A DNA stretch of 64,000 nucleotides from the human T2T-CHM13v2.0 reference genome, Homo sapiens: NCBI RefSeq assembly GCF_009914755.1, contig NC_060929.1. One strand, 5' to 3'. The translations under genes and the position numbers were made by a program. This document shows, one piece after another, positions 43,890-60,068 of the stretch (its first letter is position 1; every line of letters begins with the position of its first letter). The notes under the pieces were generated by a model. It was not told the origin of the DNA. It was given only the letters and a program-made list of their open reading frames with translations, and made no database searches.

Positions 43890-45310
43890 TACAAGTATTT
43901 ATTGGCATACCTACTCCATGTCAGGCACTGATTTCAGCACTGGGAATACAGCAATGAAAAAAATTACTGCTCTTGAAAAACTTACAACCTAGTAGGGAGG
44001 CAAATAGCCAATAAACCTATCTCAGAGGGTGACAATGATTAAAAACAAAAGTAAAGCAGAATGGGGGGACAGAGAGGGATAGGGGCTACAGGAGGCTTTA
44101 TTTTTTAGAGAGGCCTAGGAAGTTCTCACTGCGATGATGTCACTTGAGTAGAGGCTGGAGTGATAGAGGCACTGAGCCATGAGGGCATTGGGGGGAAGTG
44201 CATTCTGGGCAGAGGGGACTGCCACTCCTGTGGCAGGAGTGTATCTGGCATAGATGAGGCACAGCAAAGAGGCTGGCATGACCTGAGCAGAGTGAGCGAG
44301 GGCAGGGGGGCAGGATTTGAAGTCAGAGAGGCATGGGATTCAGAGGGCTTTGAGGGCTGTTGTAAGGTTCTAGCTTTTACTCTGAGATGGAGGGCTTCCG
44401 GGGTGGGGGATGAGCAGAGGAGAGACAGAACCCAACGTACATTTTAAGTAGGCTGAAAAATGCACCCCTAAGACATCTACAGCCAATCTCCAGACCGTGA
44501 ATATGGCTAAAAGAACTTTGCAGACGTGATGAAGGTCAAAGTCCCTGAGATGGGAAGATTACCCACGGATGTAACCACAGGTGTCCTTATTAGAGGGAAG
44601 CAAAGGAGATGCTGGTCCAGAGGAGGAGGGGAGGTGATGGCAGAAGCAAGACGTGGAGAGACGTGAGCTGAGGCAGGTGGTCTCCAGAAGCTAGACAGAG
44701 CAAGGACCAGATTAACTCTAGAGCCACTGGAAGAAACCAACTCTGCTGATGTCTTGACCTTATTCAGTGAATCTGCTTTTGGGCTTTGAGCCTCCAGAGC
44801 TGTAAGAGAATAAATGTGTGTTGTTTTAGACTATCAAGTTTGTGTTAATTTGTTACAGCAGCCACAGGAAACTAATACAGATCCCTGTAGCTGCTCTGCA
44901 GAGAACTAAAAGTAGTCTTGGGAAGAAGAAGAAAGACCTGTCGGGAGGCTTTTCAACCATCCCCCAGAAAGGCAAGGGGGCTTGGGCAGCATGGCAGGTG
45001 TGAAAAGGTGGTGGCAAGTAGCTGGATTCTGGCTCCATGTTGAAGGTAGAGCCGAGGAGAATTAGATACAGGGTGGCCAAGGAAAATCAAAGATGGTCTC
45101 AAGATTTTTGGCCAGAGTAACTGGCAGAGCAGGCACCGTTTCCTGAGATGGGGAGGGGCAAAAGAGGGGCAAGTTTGGAGGGGGTGGGGGCAAAATCAAG
45201 AAATCAACCTTGTGCGTATCAAGTGTGAGTCCAGGAGATCATCAGATACGTGAGTCCATTTCTGGGGCAAGGTCCAGGATAGCGACATAAATGTGGGTGT
45301 CTTCAATCCA
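43890..45310 (-). mobile_element. L2 remnant, split by an MLT1D-like LTR
   Basis: L2 motifs (TATTTATTGGCATACCTACT, GGAAGTGCATTCTGGGCAGAGG, GGATTCTGG...TTGAAGGTAGAGCC). Confidence 0.65.
44445..44879 (+). mobile_element. MLT1D-like MaLR LTR
   Basis: GAACTTTGCAGACGTGATGAAG...CTCCAGAAGCTAG...AATAAATGTGTGTTGTTTTA...GGAAACTAATACA. Confidence 0.8.
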
Positions 45311-48300
45311 AGTTCTCGCTGTCTGCCTGAGACAAAGGTGCGCTTTTCACTGAAGATGGGCTTTGGGCAGTGGTCCTAAAGAGCTGCGTTCATCTGATGA
45401 CTGCTCTGCTCCAGGCCTTTTGCACATTATGTCGTCTGTCCCCACCAAGCCTTCGAGGCACTGTTATCACAATCCCCATGCTACAGGTGCAGACATGGAG
45501 GCTCAGCAATGCAACGTGAACTATGTGAACTGCCCACAGTCGTCAGGGAGGAAGGGGCAGAGCTGGGATTTGAACCCAGGTCTGCAGGGACACCAGGGAA
45601 CCTTCAAGGGTTAAGCTGGAGACTGGCCTCTTAAATTCCTCCCCCTGCAGCCTGGGAAGGTGAATGCCATTATTTCCAAATTGTGTCGGCAGCATGATAC
45701 CCCCTGCAAAGGGAGCCAGGCTTGGAGTGTTTGTCAGGAACCACCAGGAGGAAAAGAGAAGTTGCATGGCCGAAAAACCTTGAACTTGCTGAAGGCCGGA
45801 TATTTCTGTAACTTTTGCCTTAGGCATCCCAAAAATTGATCACTCAGGGGAAACTGAGGCAGCACATCAGCCTTGTGCTCCTCGAAAGCTGGGCCCAGGT
45901 CAGCTCCATCTCTGCCTTCCTCCTGGCACTTAACGTGCAGTCCCTTACCTGCAAGAGGTGAAGGGCTTGGTTCTATGGAGCCGCTTGTACTATATTTGGG
46001 AAGGGGAGTTGGTCCTCCAGCCCTTCTCTTCTTTGTCCCCTGGTACCCTCACTCTCTGGGCCTTGCCAGCTGTCAGGCTGCTGCACACACCGGCCCTCTG
46101 ATGCCCTCACACCTGAGCAGGGTAAGCCAACAGTGTGTGTGAGTAGCTTCAGAGAGAGTGTGGTGAGTGGGAAGTACGATGAGAACTTCGCTATCCAGAT
46201 CCTGTGTCTTGTACAGATGCATGAGCCACGGCTATCCACCGAGGATGCCTGTCATCTCCTCCAAGAGCTAAGCTGCCGCCCAGCCTCTGACAGCTAGAAA
46301 GAACCTTTTGTTTCTTCTGTGCCTGGAGGAAGGCCTTGTATTGTCTGTTTGTTCAGCGAATAGGCTCTGCCTGATTGTGGGCCATTAATAAATGCATCTG
46401 TTTGGATTTCACAAGTATATTTGAATTCCCAAGTCTTCCATGGCATACCAGGAAGCAAACACAGCCAACACTTTCAGAACTAATACCCCAGCAGGACACG
46501 TGCAGGATTAAACTGGAAACTGCCAGAATGGAAGTATGCAGAGAAAGCACCTGGCACATAGCGAGGACCTGCTGTGTGTTGGGTGAGGTGGGCAGAGCTG
46601 GGCTGTGGACTCAGAGAGATCGGGGTTTCAAACCTGTATCTGCCATTGACCAGCTGTGTGACCGTGCAAGGGACTGGCCTGCCTGAGCCTCAGTTTCTTT
46701 GTGTGCAGCTGAGAATTTCAATCCCTAATTGCATGGATTGTGTGGTATAACATGTGTAGAGTGATTGCACCGTTGCCTCATTTATTCCTTACTCTCTAAG
46801 GCAGGTATTAGGCATTCCCACTTTGCAGACGAGAACACTGAGTCTCAGAGAGGAAGTCAATTGCCCCAAGTCCTACAGCCAAGAATGCTCTGTTGGGTTA
46901 CAAAGTCACTGCTGACTGCTAGTCTCTGCCTTGGACTAGCCAGTTAGCTCTTTAGTTTTTGTAAAACTATGCAGGGATTGGAGCTGTGGGATGATCTTGT
47001 CCAGGCCTCCTTATGGACCAGGCTGGTGGCTGCTGGTGGGCTGGGTTAGGGACTGCGTGGCCTTCCCCTGGACCCCAGGACTTCCCAAAGGGCGGCTTTG
47101 GGCCTGATGGCAGCTCGGCCAGTTGTTTCAACACAGCCTGTCTGCTCTCAGCTTCTTGGTCGCAGTTTGAATTGTTCGTTTCCTCCTGATACTGGGCGCC
47201 TGCTGGGGGCTTCTCGCCTGCCTCTGGGGCGGCCCATCCTGGTGGATGTGGATTTCCATGTATGGACTCAACACGGCTCTCCCCAGACCCTGCGTTGACT
47301 TTGCACAAGGATTTTTTTTTCCTCTCTTGTAGCTTCCTGGGAGATGGCCTGTTTGATTTTTACAGGAGCTGTCACTGTAATTAACCTTCACTGAGTTCTG
47401 CGTGGAGGCTGACTCAGGCTTTGTCCGGGAAGGAAGCGTGAAGGAGTGAAGTGTCTTATTTCTGCCTCTCACTTGCTGAATGATCAACTTACATGAGGGG
47501 ATTTTGCCCCCCTGAGCCTCAGTTTCCTCCTCTGTGAAATGAGCACAAGGAAACGCAAAGGAGCCAATGAGATAATATTAACTTCATGTTTGCTAGGAGG
47601 ACGAAGGAGATGGCCTGCACACAGGCCAGCACAGCAAGGGGCACACCCGTGGGTGAGCGCAAACCCCATGAGGGCAGGGCCCGGGTCAGCCTTGCTGTCG
47701 GCTGCATCCACAGTGCCCAGGACACTTCTGAGCTCCTAACAGGGCTGGGGAACGTGTGTTGAATGAGTAGTTATTGCTGTCACCTGTCTCTAGGGGCTTC
47801 CACTTAAGAGCTTCATAGTCTCAGGAGAGCGCTAGGAGAGACGGCAGCTGGAACAGCTCACAGGCAGAGATGCCTGCGAGGGGGAAAGGGTGTAATTAAA
47901 TTGCTGTTTAAGGAGCAGCTCGTCCGCAGGCTGGGAGCATCCCTGCCTGGGTATGGGTGCACACGGCGGGCAGTGGGGCAGAGGCCTGGTGCCCCCTGCA
48001 TGCCGGGTGCCATGCGAGGCAATTCATGCACCTTAACTCATTGAATGCTTTCAAGCATTCCTCACAGGCGGGAGGTCACCCTGTTTTGCTAATTAAGAAA
48101 TTGAGGTTCAGGACAGGAAGTGACTGGTCCAAGGTCACATGGCAAAGAGGAGGGGGGCCAGGAAGCCCGATTAAGTCCCTGGAGAGTGTGTCTTTATGTT
48201 TCTGCCCATTGGCCTCTCCTCCCTTTGGGGAAACACCTTCCTCTGCTCCATGACCCAGGCTTGGCCACTCAGAGCCCCTCCGGAGGCTGGGGCTGAGGGC

Positions 48301-49005
48301 TGTATCTGCTGGGGTGGCTGAGCTGGCACAGTGGGGTCTTGGGTGCTGCTGCCAGCCATCTTGCCTCTGTGGGGAGGGCCTCCTGAGACGATAGCCCCAC
48401 AGAGAGCAGAGCCACACGCAAAGAGGCCCTTCCCGACAACACAGTAGAGCCCCTGAGGCCGGCTCTGCCCTTGGCCTTTTCAGTCCTGGGAGCAAATAAA
48501 GGCCCATTTGGGCTAAAGCTAGCTGGAGTTGGACTTCTGCCACTTGCAACCAAAACAGTCCTGGCTTGTGTCATCTGGGGTGGGAGACCAGATAAGCTCT
48601 GTGAACAGAAAAACATGGAGGGCATGGCCTCATGTGCTGGACTGGAGAAGGGCTTCCTTGGTGGGAAAGGATTTCAACCATGCATCCAAGATCTAGGGGA
48701 ATCCAACCGACACAAGTGGTGCTGGCTTTGGTTCTCTCTCTCTCATTGGGGCGGAATCTGATTGTCATGGACAGTTGGGTGAGAGTCTTTTCCTTGACTG
48801 ACTGTTAAGCCCACCAAGGTAACACCCTATGAGTAGACCCTATGAGTAGACTCACTCAGAGCTTTGGGAGAAAAAAATTACATCTTCTCGGCATGAGCTG
48901 AGGATTCCATCAACTTGCTGGCTTCCTCCCGCCTCTGCCTGCCCGGCACTGCCTTGCTCTTTGAGAAGAGACTGGGCAAGCTGACTTCCCTGTGACTGGG
49001 CCCCA

Positions 49006-49140
49006 GAGTCCCCAGCAGGGAGATGTGATATCTGGGGAGACTCCCCACTCCCAGCCCTTCCTTCCCGGAGTCCCCAGCAGGGAGATGTGATACCTGGGGA
49101 GACCCCGGACTCCCAGCCCTTCCTTCCCAGGGTCCCCAGC
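49006..49140. repeat. 62-bp tandem repeat, ~2.2 copies
   Basis: GAGTCCCCAGCAGGGAGATGTGATA...CCCAGCCCTTCCTTCCC repeated at 49006 and 49068. Confidence 0.9.
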
Positions 49141-49332
49141 CAAGAGCAGGGAGAGTGAGTAACAGCTCAGAACACCTCGGCCGATACCAGGGCTCACTCC
49201 CGCAGGGGAGAGCTTGCTCCCTGGAGCCCAGGAAATGCCAGGGCAGCATTCTTGGCCAGCAACCTTCCCCTCTACCCCTCCAGGCTTCCCTCATTCTTCA
49301 GCCCCTTCTTCCCCATCACTCAGAGGCCAGAG

Positions 49333-50323
<991 letters not shown>

Positions 50324-50679
50324 ACTAGAGTTTAGATCACCCATGAGGTACCAAGCCCTGTGCTAGTCGCCTAATCAGTCAACAAATGGTGTTAGCTCCT
50401 GGTTGATGGGTGCTGGGTCACACATAAAACCACCCCCAGCCTCGTCCTCCTGGAGGGCACACACAGTCTGGACAGGGGGACAGATGCAACAATTGATTTA
50501 AAAGACTCCATTAAATGATTACGAGAGAGACCAGGGCTGGAAGATACTCAGGGTGCCCTGGAGCAGAGGAGGCTTCTTGGAAGAAGCGAGGTGACCGCCT
50601 GGATCTGAAGGAAGAATGATGGTTACCAAGGTCGGAAGCAGTGGCTTCAGACAGGTGCCCCAGCCTAGGGATAGCACAG

Positions 50680-51104
50680 ACCAGGAGCCTCGAATGTGAC
50701 CATGGGCACCCCAGGGAATGTGCAAGGTAATTCCCTGGGGTACAGGAAGAAATCACTAAATTTTTAAAAATCTTGATAAACATTCAATAAAAGGATCAAA
50801 ATGAGGATCCACCAATGAGGATCAGTGGTTCTCACACTGGGTTCCTTGGGACCCTGGAATTCTGTGGAGATGCCCCAGGGGGAGTGGTGGACTGAGCATT
50901 TTCATTTTCATTTGCCTTATATGTCTATTTTTCATCTTGCCTTTCATTCATTTCAACTATTGAAGTATACTTTAAATGTATGCAACATGTTAGCACAGAA
51001 GTACAGGTAGCTACTTTTGATGATAAAAAGTGTACCAGTATTGGAGGTGTGCTGAAAATAATTCTATGAATGTGGTGCTTGTCAACAAAATGTGGAGACC
51101 ACTG
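50680..51104. mobile_element. hAT/Charlie-like DNA transposon remnant interrupted by a 128-bp local duplication
   Basis: Terminal GGAGACCACTG and Charlie-like GGTAATTCCCTGGGGTACAGGAAGAAA; family name tentative. Confidence 0.45.
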
Positions 51105-51282
51105 TTGTATATATACAAAGGTGGGGAGGCTGGAAAGAACCAGGAAGGCTGCTGTGGCTGGAATCCAGAAAGGAGTGGGGCAGTACATTGACATGAGGCT
51201 GGAGAGGTATCTTAAGGGGCAGTGGGGAGCCACTGAAGGTGCTTGAGCAGGAGAGGGGCTCCATATCATATTTGTGGTTTTG

Positions 51283-51634
<352 letters not shown>

Positions 51635-53228
51635 TGAAGCAGGCAAGAGCAACTCCAACTTAGAACCTCTGTGCTCTTGGGGGTAGCAGTCTGGAGGGGT
51701 AAGGAAAGGATGTGTTCTGGAGCCCCTCGGTCTTGTTTCCGGTTCCCTCTCTACTTCTTTTAGTTGTGTGACCTCATTTACAGTGTTCAATCTCTCTGTG
51801 CTTTGTTTCCTCACCCTAAAAACAGGAGTCACCACAGGGCTGTAGTGAGGATGAAGCCACATCATGCAAATCAAGGACTGAAAACAGAGCCCAGCACAGA
51901 GAAAGTGCTCTGTGTGTGTTCGCTGTTTTTACTGCTGTTGTTTCCGCGATTTGCCTGGGCCCTCCTCCAAGGCAGGAGACTTATCTGTCCACCCTGAGCC
52001 CTCAGCAGCCCAGGCTGCTCCTGGTAATGCTACCAACTCACTGTGTGCCCTGGGGCAAGTCCTATCTCTCTATTTGGAGACTCAGTTTCTCCTTATGCAA
52101 AATGAGGACCAAAATGAGGATCCACCAATGAGGGTCAGTGGCTCTCACACTGGGTCCCTTGGGGCCCTGGAATTCTGTGGAGATGCCCCGGGGGAGTGGT
52201 GGACTGAGCATTTTCATTTTCATTTGTCTTATATGTTTGGATCATGTAAAAAATTTCATTTGAACAAAGAAATCTGTTGCTTCTAACAACCTTTTAAAAG
52301 CTTGAATACAAATGGATGAGATGTTCCGTAAAGGTCTTCTAGGTCCAGAGTTGATGAATCTTGTTGCAAAATCATAATGGGCTAGCAGCTTAAGTCGCCC
52401 GTTATAAATGTCTCCCCGGCACAGAGTTCAAGTTTCTCACGTATAATCCCTGCCCCCATTAGGCCCGGTAATGCCTGTGAGCAAGGATGTATAATACCTC
52501 TCCCCCATCGGCTGCCAGCTGGCCCTCAAGATTTACGTGTGGCTCCTGTTTTTCCTCATGCAAACGCTGCCCGTCGGTTCCTTCCATCTTTCCTAATAAG
52601 TCATCTTCCTCACCCTTGGTAATCTCTCTCACTTTTCCCTGGACCGCCTCCAGCCGGCCTTCGTTTATGCAGCCGGCAGATGCCAATTGGCAGCATCCAG
52701 GGGCTCCAGTGTGTGAAAGGGGCCCCAGTTCAGTGGGGATATTTGAGCTGAGCTTCAGGCTGCAGGTCTCGAACTTCGGTGAACATCAGAATCTCCTGGC
52801 AATGCAGTTTTCTAGGCTTCAGGTCTTCTGACCAGAGGCTGCCTTGGAGTCCAGGAATCTGAACACTTAACGAGCCGCATGTGGGCTTCTGAGGCAGTGT
52901 TCTTGAGAGTGTTCTAGGGATCTAGGCCTCAGTGTTCTAGAGACGATGTCTTCAGATTAAGTTGAAAACCACTCCCCTTTTCACTCACATCCCTCCTCCA
53001 TTCATTCATCCAGCCAGTCGGCAAACCCTCACCGAGCACCCACCTATAGCCAGCGTTGCACTGAGAATAAAAAGATAAGCCAGACCCCGACTCTCCCCTT
53101 GCCAAATGCATGGTACAATTTGGGAGCTTACAACTTTATGTCTAATACAATGAGGCATGAAAGCAGCAGGTTAAAGAGGAGATGACCCAGGCTCTGGAAT
53201 GAGATGGGCTGCTCACTAACTTACTGGC

Positions 53229-53662
53229 TGTGATGGTTAATACTGAGTGTCAACTTGACTGGATTGAAGAATACAAAGTATTGATCCTCGGTGTGTCTGT
53301 GAGGGTGTTGCCAAAGGAGATTAACATTGGAGTCAGTGGGCTGGAAAAAGCAGACCCACTCTTTATCTGGGTGGGCACCATCTAATCAGCTGCTAGCACG
53401 GCTAGAATATAAGCAGGCAAAAAAATGCGAAAAGAGAGACTGGCCTAGCCTCCCAGCCTGTATCTTTCTCCCATGCTGGATGCTTCCTGCCCTCGAACAC
53501 CGGACTCCAAGTTCTTCAGTTTTGGAACTCGGACTGGCTCTCAGCCTGCAGACGGCCTATTGTGGGACCTTATGATCACGTGAGTTAATACGTAATAAAC
53601 TCCCCTTTATATGTATATCTATTCCATTAGTTCTGTCCCTCTAGAGAACCCTGACTAATACA
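53229..53662 (+). mobile_element. MLT2A1 (HERV-L) solo LTR
   Basis: TGTGATGGTTAATACTGAGTGTCAACTTGA...CTAGAGAACCCTGACTAATACA; the 434-bp length fits the short MLT2A1 form rather than MLT2A2. Confidence 0.9.
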
Positions 53663-53838
53663 GCGACCCTAGGAAAACAACTAGGCCTTCCTCTGCCATG
53701 CTATTATTACAATGGTGATAATAACAGAATGTGCTGCTGGGGGTTATCAGGAAGATTAAACAGGGTCATGGACGGGAAGCTCTTGGCTGATGCCTGGCAC
53801 ACAGCGGTTTTCAATAAACAGTGGTAATTCCATTTTAG

Positions 53839-54236
<398 letters not shown>

Positions 54237-54564
54237 TGAAGGCAGGGAGAAGGCAAAAAGTATTTCTTTTCAGATCAAGGTTCCCCTTTCCTAGGATGCC
54301 TTGGGCTGGGGTGTGACTAATCCTTCTCTAAACAAGTCCATGGCCATGTCCTCTCTTGGGAGAGTGGCTGAGAGCTCAGGCCCTGATGCCAGGTGAGTTT
54401 GAATCTGGTTCCAGCTGTGTGGCCATGGGCAAGCCACTTCGCCTCTCTGAGCCTAAGGACAGTATGTACAGCATGGTACTGTTGAGGTGTTATATACAGT
54501 GAGATCTACAAAGCTTATCTAGGCACATATTCAGCAGTTGTAAACTATTAGCAACAATTCGTCA

Positions 54565-54860
54565 TTCACTGAATAGATATTTATTGAGCACCCAGAATCT
54601 GCCACATGTTGGACTTTACACCACAGACATAGCACTTCATTCAAAAACAGACCCAACAATAAGTAAACAAATACAGACATAGATATGTCAGGGTGCTGAG
54701 CACCATGAAGAAACATAAAGCAGGGGAAGGGATAGCGTACGATGGGGGCATGGGTTGGGGTATTTAACTAGGACACTGCAGGAAGTCCTATTGCAAATGG
54801 GCTGTTTGAGCAGAGCCCTGAATGAAGGCGGGAGAAGGGAGCCTGTCTGTGATGTCTCCT
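54565..54860 (-). mobile_element. L2 remnant
   Basis: TCATTCACTGAATAGATATTTATTGAGCACC...TTTGAGCAGAGCCCTGAATGA. Confidence 0.6.
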
Positions 54861-57319
54861 GACCAGGGTCTGGTGGCGGCAGAGACTGGGACTGCAGCCC
54901 CGCATTGGCAGCAGGTCTTCCACGATGGGGTGTTCCTCCCAGCTCCCCCCCTCCCTCCTCCTGCTTCTGCTCCCTTTTGGCAACCCCAAGAGGCTGAGAA
55001 TGTCCTTGGCCACGCTGCTCCCTGGGGCCAGGGCTGTCTCCCCAAGAAGGAGTCCAGTCTTCCCTGTGGAGCTCATGACAGTATTCCCTGGGAACACAAG
55101 CCGCGCAGAGGAGACGCCCCGGGAGTTAACAAAGGCACTGAACTATTTAGCTTAATCTCTGACTTCTCTCTCTTGACCTCTCCTCCAACCAAGTAGATAA
55201 ATGGCCTCGCTCTGTTCAGTGCTTGGCTCGGGTCACAATAAATCAGCTGGCTGTGTATGCATGCACGCTTACTCTCCCAAGCTGAGGCCAGCCTTCCTGT
55301 GATAAACCACCAGTATTTATTCCAGTCTGTCCTGTGTGTGTCCTGGAAACAGAAATAATTTGGGGTTGGGGTGTGTTTTCAGGTTCATGCTCTGCTCTTC
55401 TTATCCCACAGAGTTTGACAGAGCTAAGCCAAGCCAGAGTTACGCTGACATACAAAAATGACACAGGCTAAATCACAAACCCTGCAAAGGCTGCTGAGTT
55501 TCATCATCCCCGTCCCAAAGGCAAGCCCCTCTTCCCTTGAGTAAGGATACCTAATGTGTGTCAGGGGATTCACCAGATGCAGACAGGAACCAAGCCCCAT
55601 CCTGCCCTAGAAGAGCCTGCAGGCCGGTGAGGAGGGCAGACAACTTTCACCCAGGACAAAAGTTGCTAAGAGAATAAAGAGACATCACATTTTCTTGAGT
55701 ACTCACTATGCACCAGGAGTTGTTCCAAGATCCCAATTAGCAGTAACGCCTTTAAACCTCAGAGCAGCTCAACATGGTAGAGGTGTGTTCCCATCCACAG
55801 CACTGCACTGACACCAGACAGCCTGGGAGGGCTGTGGGAGCCAGACTGGGTATGACTCTGTGGCCTGGGGTCAGATGTCTGCAGCTTCCCAGAGAAGAAC
55901 ACACTTGATTGAGCCTTGTTGGGGTGAAGAAGCACCTGACAAGTGGAAAATAATTCCAGGCAGAAGGACCAGTGTGGGCCAAGAAAGGCACATGTGGTCC
56001 TGTGGTGTACTCTCAACCACCCAGGTCCTATTATCGTGCCCATTTTCAGAGATCAGTGAGGTTGAGCAAGTTGCCCAGGGACACACAGGAGACTGTTCAG
56101 ATTTTCACTCCTGGTCACCAACTACTGGGTCTACTGCCTCCAGACAATGCAGGTCACAGGGGCACATCATATGGGACCTCCTGGAGGGCTCGTTCTCATC
56201 TCAGATGTCAGGAGGCACGGCCCAGAACGTGCAGGGCCCTGAGATCTGTGCTCAGCGGCTTGGACTGGAGGCTGAGTAGACCAGTTGTGAGCAGGCTCTG
56301 GAGGCTATGGCCCCAGCAGCCCTAGTGGCTTAGCAGGAAGACCACAGCCTGCACCAGCCACTCACTTCCAGACCCCACACCAGAGGCCCCTGAAAGGGGG
56401 CAGGATGTGCCTCTGGACTTGCAGACACCCACCCCCCATGACAGTCCTCCAGGGGCCCATCAATCCCCACAGCCTTTCCTTCTTCTTCAAGGGCCTCCGC
56501 CCTAGAGAGGGACTTTTTCGTGAGAAAACAGAGGTGCCTTACCCCACCCAGTTCCCCTTCCACACTGGGAAGGCAGGGCTCGGAAGGCAGGGCTCAGACC
56601 GCAGGGAGGGATGGAGAAGGGGGAGCTCGGAGGCTGCTGGAATGAACTGGGCTGGGGGTGGGAGGCATTTCTGTAAAGGAGGACTCGAGGCCTCCAGGGG
56701 CTGGGGCGGGAGGCAGTCAGGCTGCTCGAGATTCTGGCCACTTGGCGCAGTCATATTTCAGAGCCTCGGCTTCCTCACCTGTAACCTGGGGACAGTGGTC
56801 GTTCCTTGAGGCACGCCAGGAGGGGAGAATGAAGCGGAATATGGAAAGGGCCTCCCCTTTAGTAGCTGTTCCCGGCACAAGGAGTTTGGGTGGTGGGTCC
56901 CCGGGAGGACCTATTTATTGTTAGTATGAGCCATGACGGCAATCATCTAGCAATGCCTGCTGCGGCACGAGACCAGAATGGCGGACACGGTGGAGAAAGG
57001 CAGCCCTGGTTGAACTCAGCCGCACGGGGCTGTTTTCCTTCTGCTGGTGGCTGCGGCTGGGGGGTGGAGGGGGCGGGTGGGGGCTGAGCTCAGCTCTTAG
57101 CTGGAGATGTCTCAGCATCTGATGTGACACTGCTGTTGTTTTTGGCTTCACATCCAAGACTCTTTCGCGGCTAATTACTCACTGTCTTGGGAGACTGGCC
57201 CAGGAACCTGAGAAAGGAGAGAGGAGAGAGAGTGCCGGTTTCTGTTTTGCAACCAGTTAAGGAGGCAGCAGTGCTGGGACCCATGGACCTGGCTGGAAGG
57301 AATAAAGTCTTTTGCACGC

Positions 57320-58440
<1,121 letters not shown>

Positions 58441-58697
58441 TCATATGGGATTTTGAAAATGAAATGTGGGGAGTCTTGAACCAAGGCCTTGACACTCCCA
58501 TGAGAAGACCTTGGAAATTTGGGAGGGGATTAGAGGATCATGTGCCATTATCCCTACCTCTCCTAACCTAACTTTTAAAACTGGAATGGTTTATTACATG
58601 AGTAATATACATAAATGTATTCATCTTGCAAGAATAGGAAAAATGTCTTATGTAAGACTTGAGACTCCCATGAATGCACTGAGGGATCCCTTTATAA

Positions 58698-59025
<328 letters not shown>

Positions 59026-59396
59026 CCTTCTTTATATTTGCAGACATGTCCCCCCCATCACAAATATCCAGTATATGTTTTTATGGGTGTGTTCTTACAT
59101 GCATGATAAAATGCTGTACAAATCATTCTTCAGCTTGCTTTTCCCAATCATCAAACTCTCTTAGAGGTCTTGCCATGTCAGTACATGTTGATCTGCCTTG
59201 TTCTTTTTGTTGGTTAGAATTCCATTGTAAGGATGAATCATAGTTTATGAATCAATTTTCCTACTGCTGGATACTTAGGTTTGCTCGTGGTGTTTTGTTG
59301 TTGCAGTGGTGCAACAAACATCCTTGTCCTTGCTTTCTTTGCTGATATGTGTGTGTTTCTCAAGGCAGATTCCAAGGAGTGGAACCATCAAGGTTT

Positions 59397-60068
59397 TGTA
59401 TCAGTTATCTATTGCCACAACAATACTGTGTAACAAACAACTCAAGATTTAATGGCTTAAAACAACAATCGTTTATTCTCATCAGTCAACTGGTTGTTGG
59501 TTGGGTAGTTCTGCTGATCTGACCTCAGCTTAACTGATCACAGCTGAGTGTTACTTATGTGTTCAGGGCTGGCTGGCGGGTCAGCTGGGGGCTGGCTGGT
59601 CTTGGATGGTCTTAGCTGGGAAACTCATCTCTGCTTTATGTGGCCTCTCTTCCTCAATCAGACTGGCTTGGGTTCATTCCCGTGGTGGGGACAGGGGCCT
59701 GAGAGAGAGTGGAATTACTCAGGGCTTCTTGAAGTCTGGGCTTAGAACTGGCTCACCATCACTCATGCTCCATTCTATCAGCCAAAGCAGATCAGGAGAC
59801 CCCACAGATTCAACAGATGGGAAAATAAAATCCACTACAGTCTGCCTCCTGGGCTCAAGTGATCCTCCCACCCCAACCTCCTGAGTAGCTGGGACTACAG
59901 GTGTTCACCACCACGCTTGGCTAATTTGTAAATTTTTTTGTAGAATGGAAGTCTCATTATTGCTCAGACTGGAAAACTCACTTCTTGATAGGAAGAGTGG
60001 CAAGTCACATTGCAAAGGGTATGAACACAGGGAGGGGAGGAATTGGGGCCATTTTTTGCAGTCTACTA
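59397..60068 (-). mobile_element. MLT1G/H-like MaLR LTR containing an internal AluJ fragment (~59836-59978)
   Basis: TGTATCAGTTATCTATTGCC start, GGCTTAAAACAACAA, GTCACATTGCAAAGGG...GGGGCCATTTTTTGCA end. Confidence 0.8.

Noticed and set aside
57052-57085. G-rich runs (also ~745-768 and ~45178-45190) as functional G-quadruplexes
   Set aside because: Such motifs are common at this GC content and nothing links them to a promoter.
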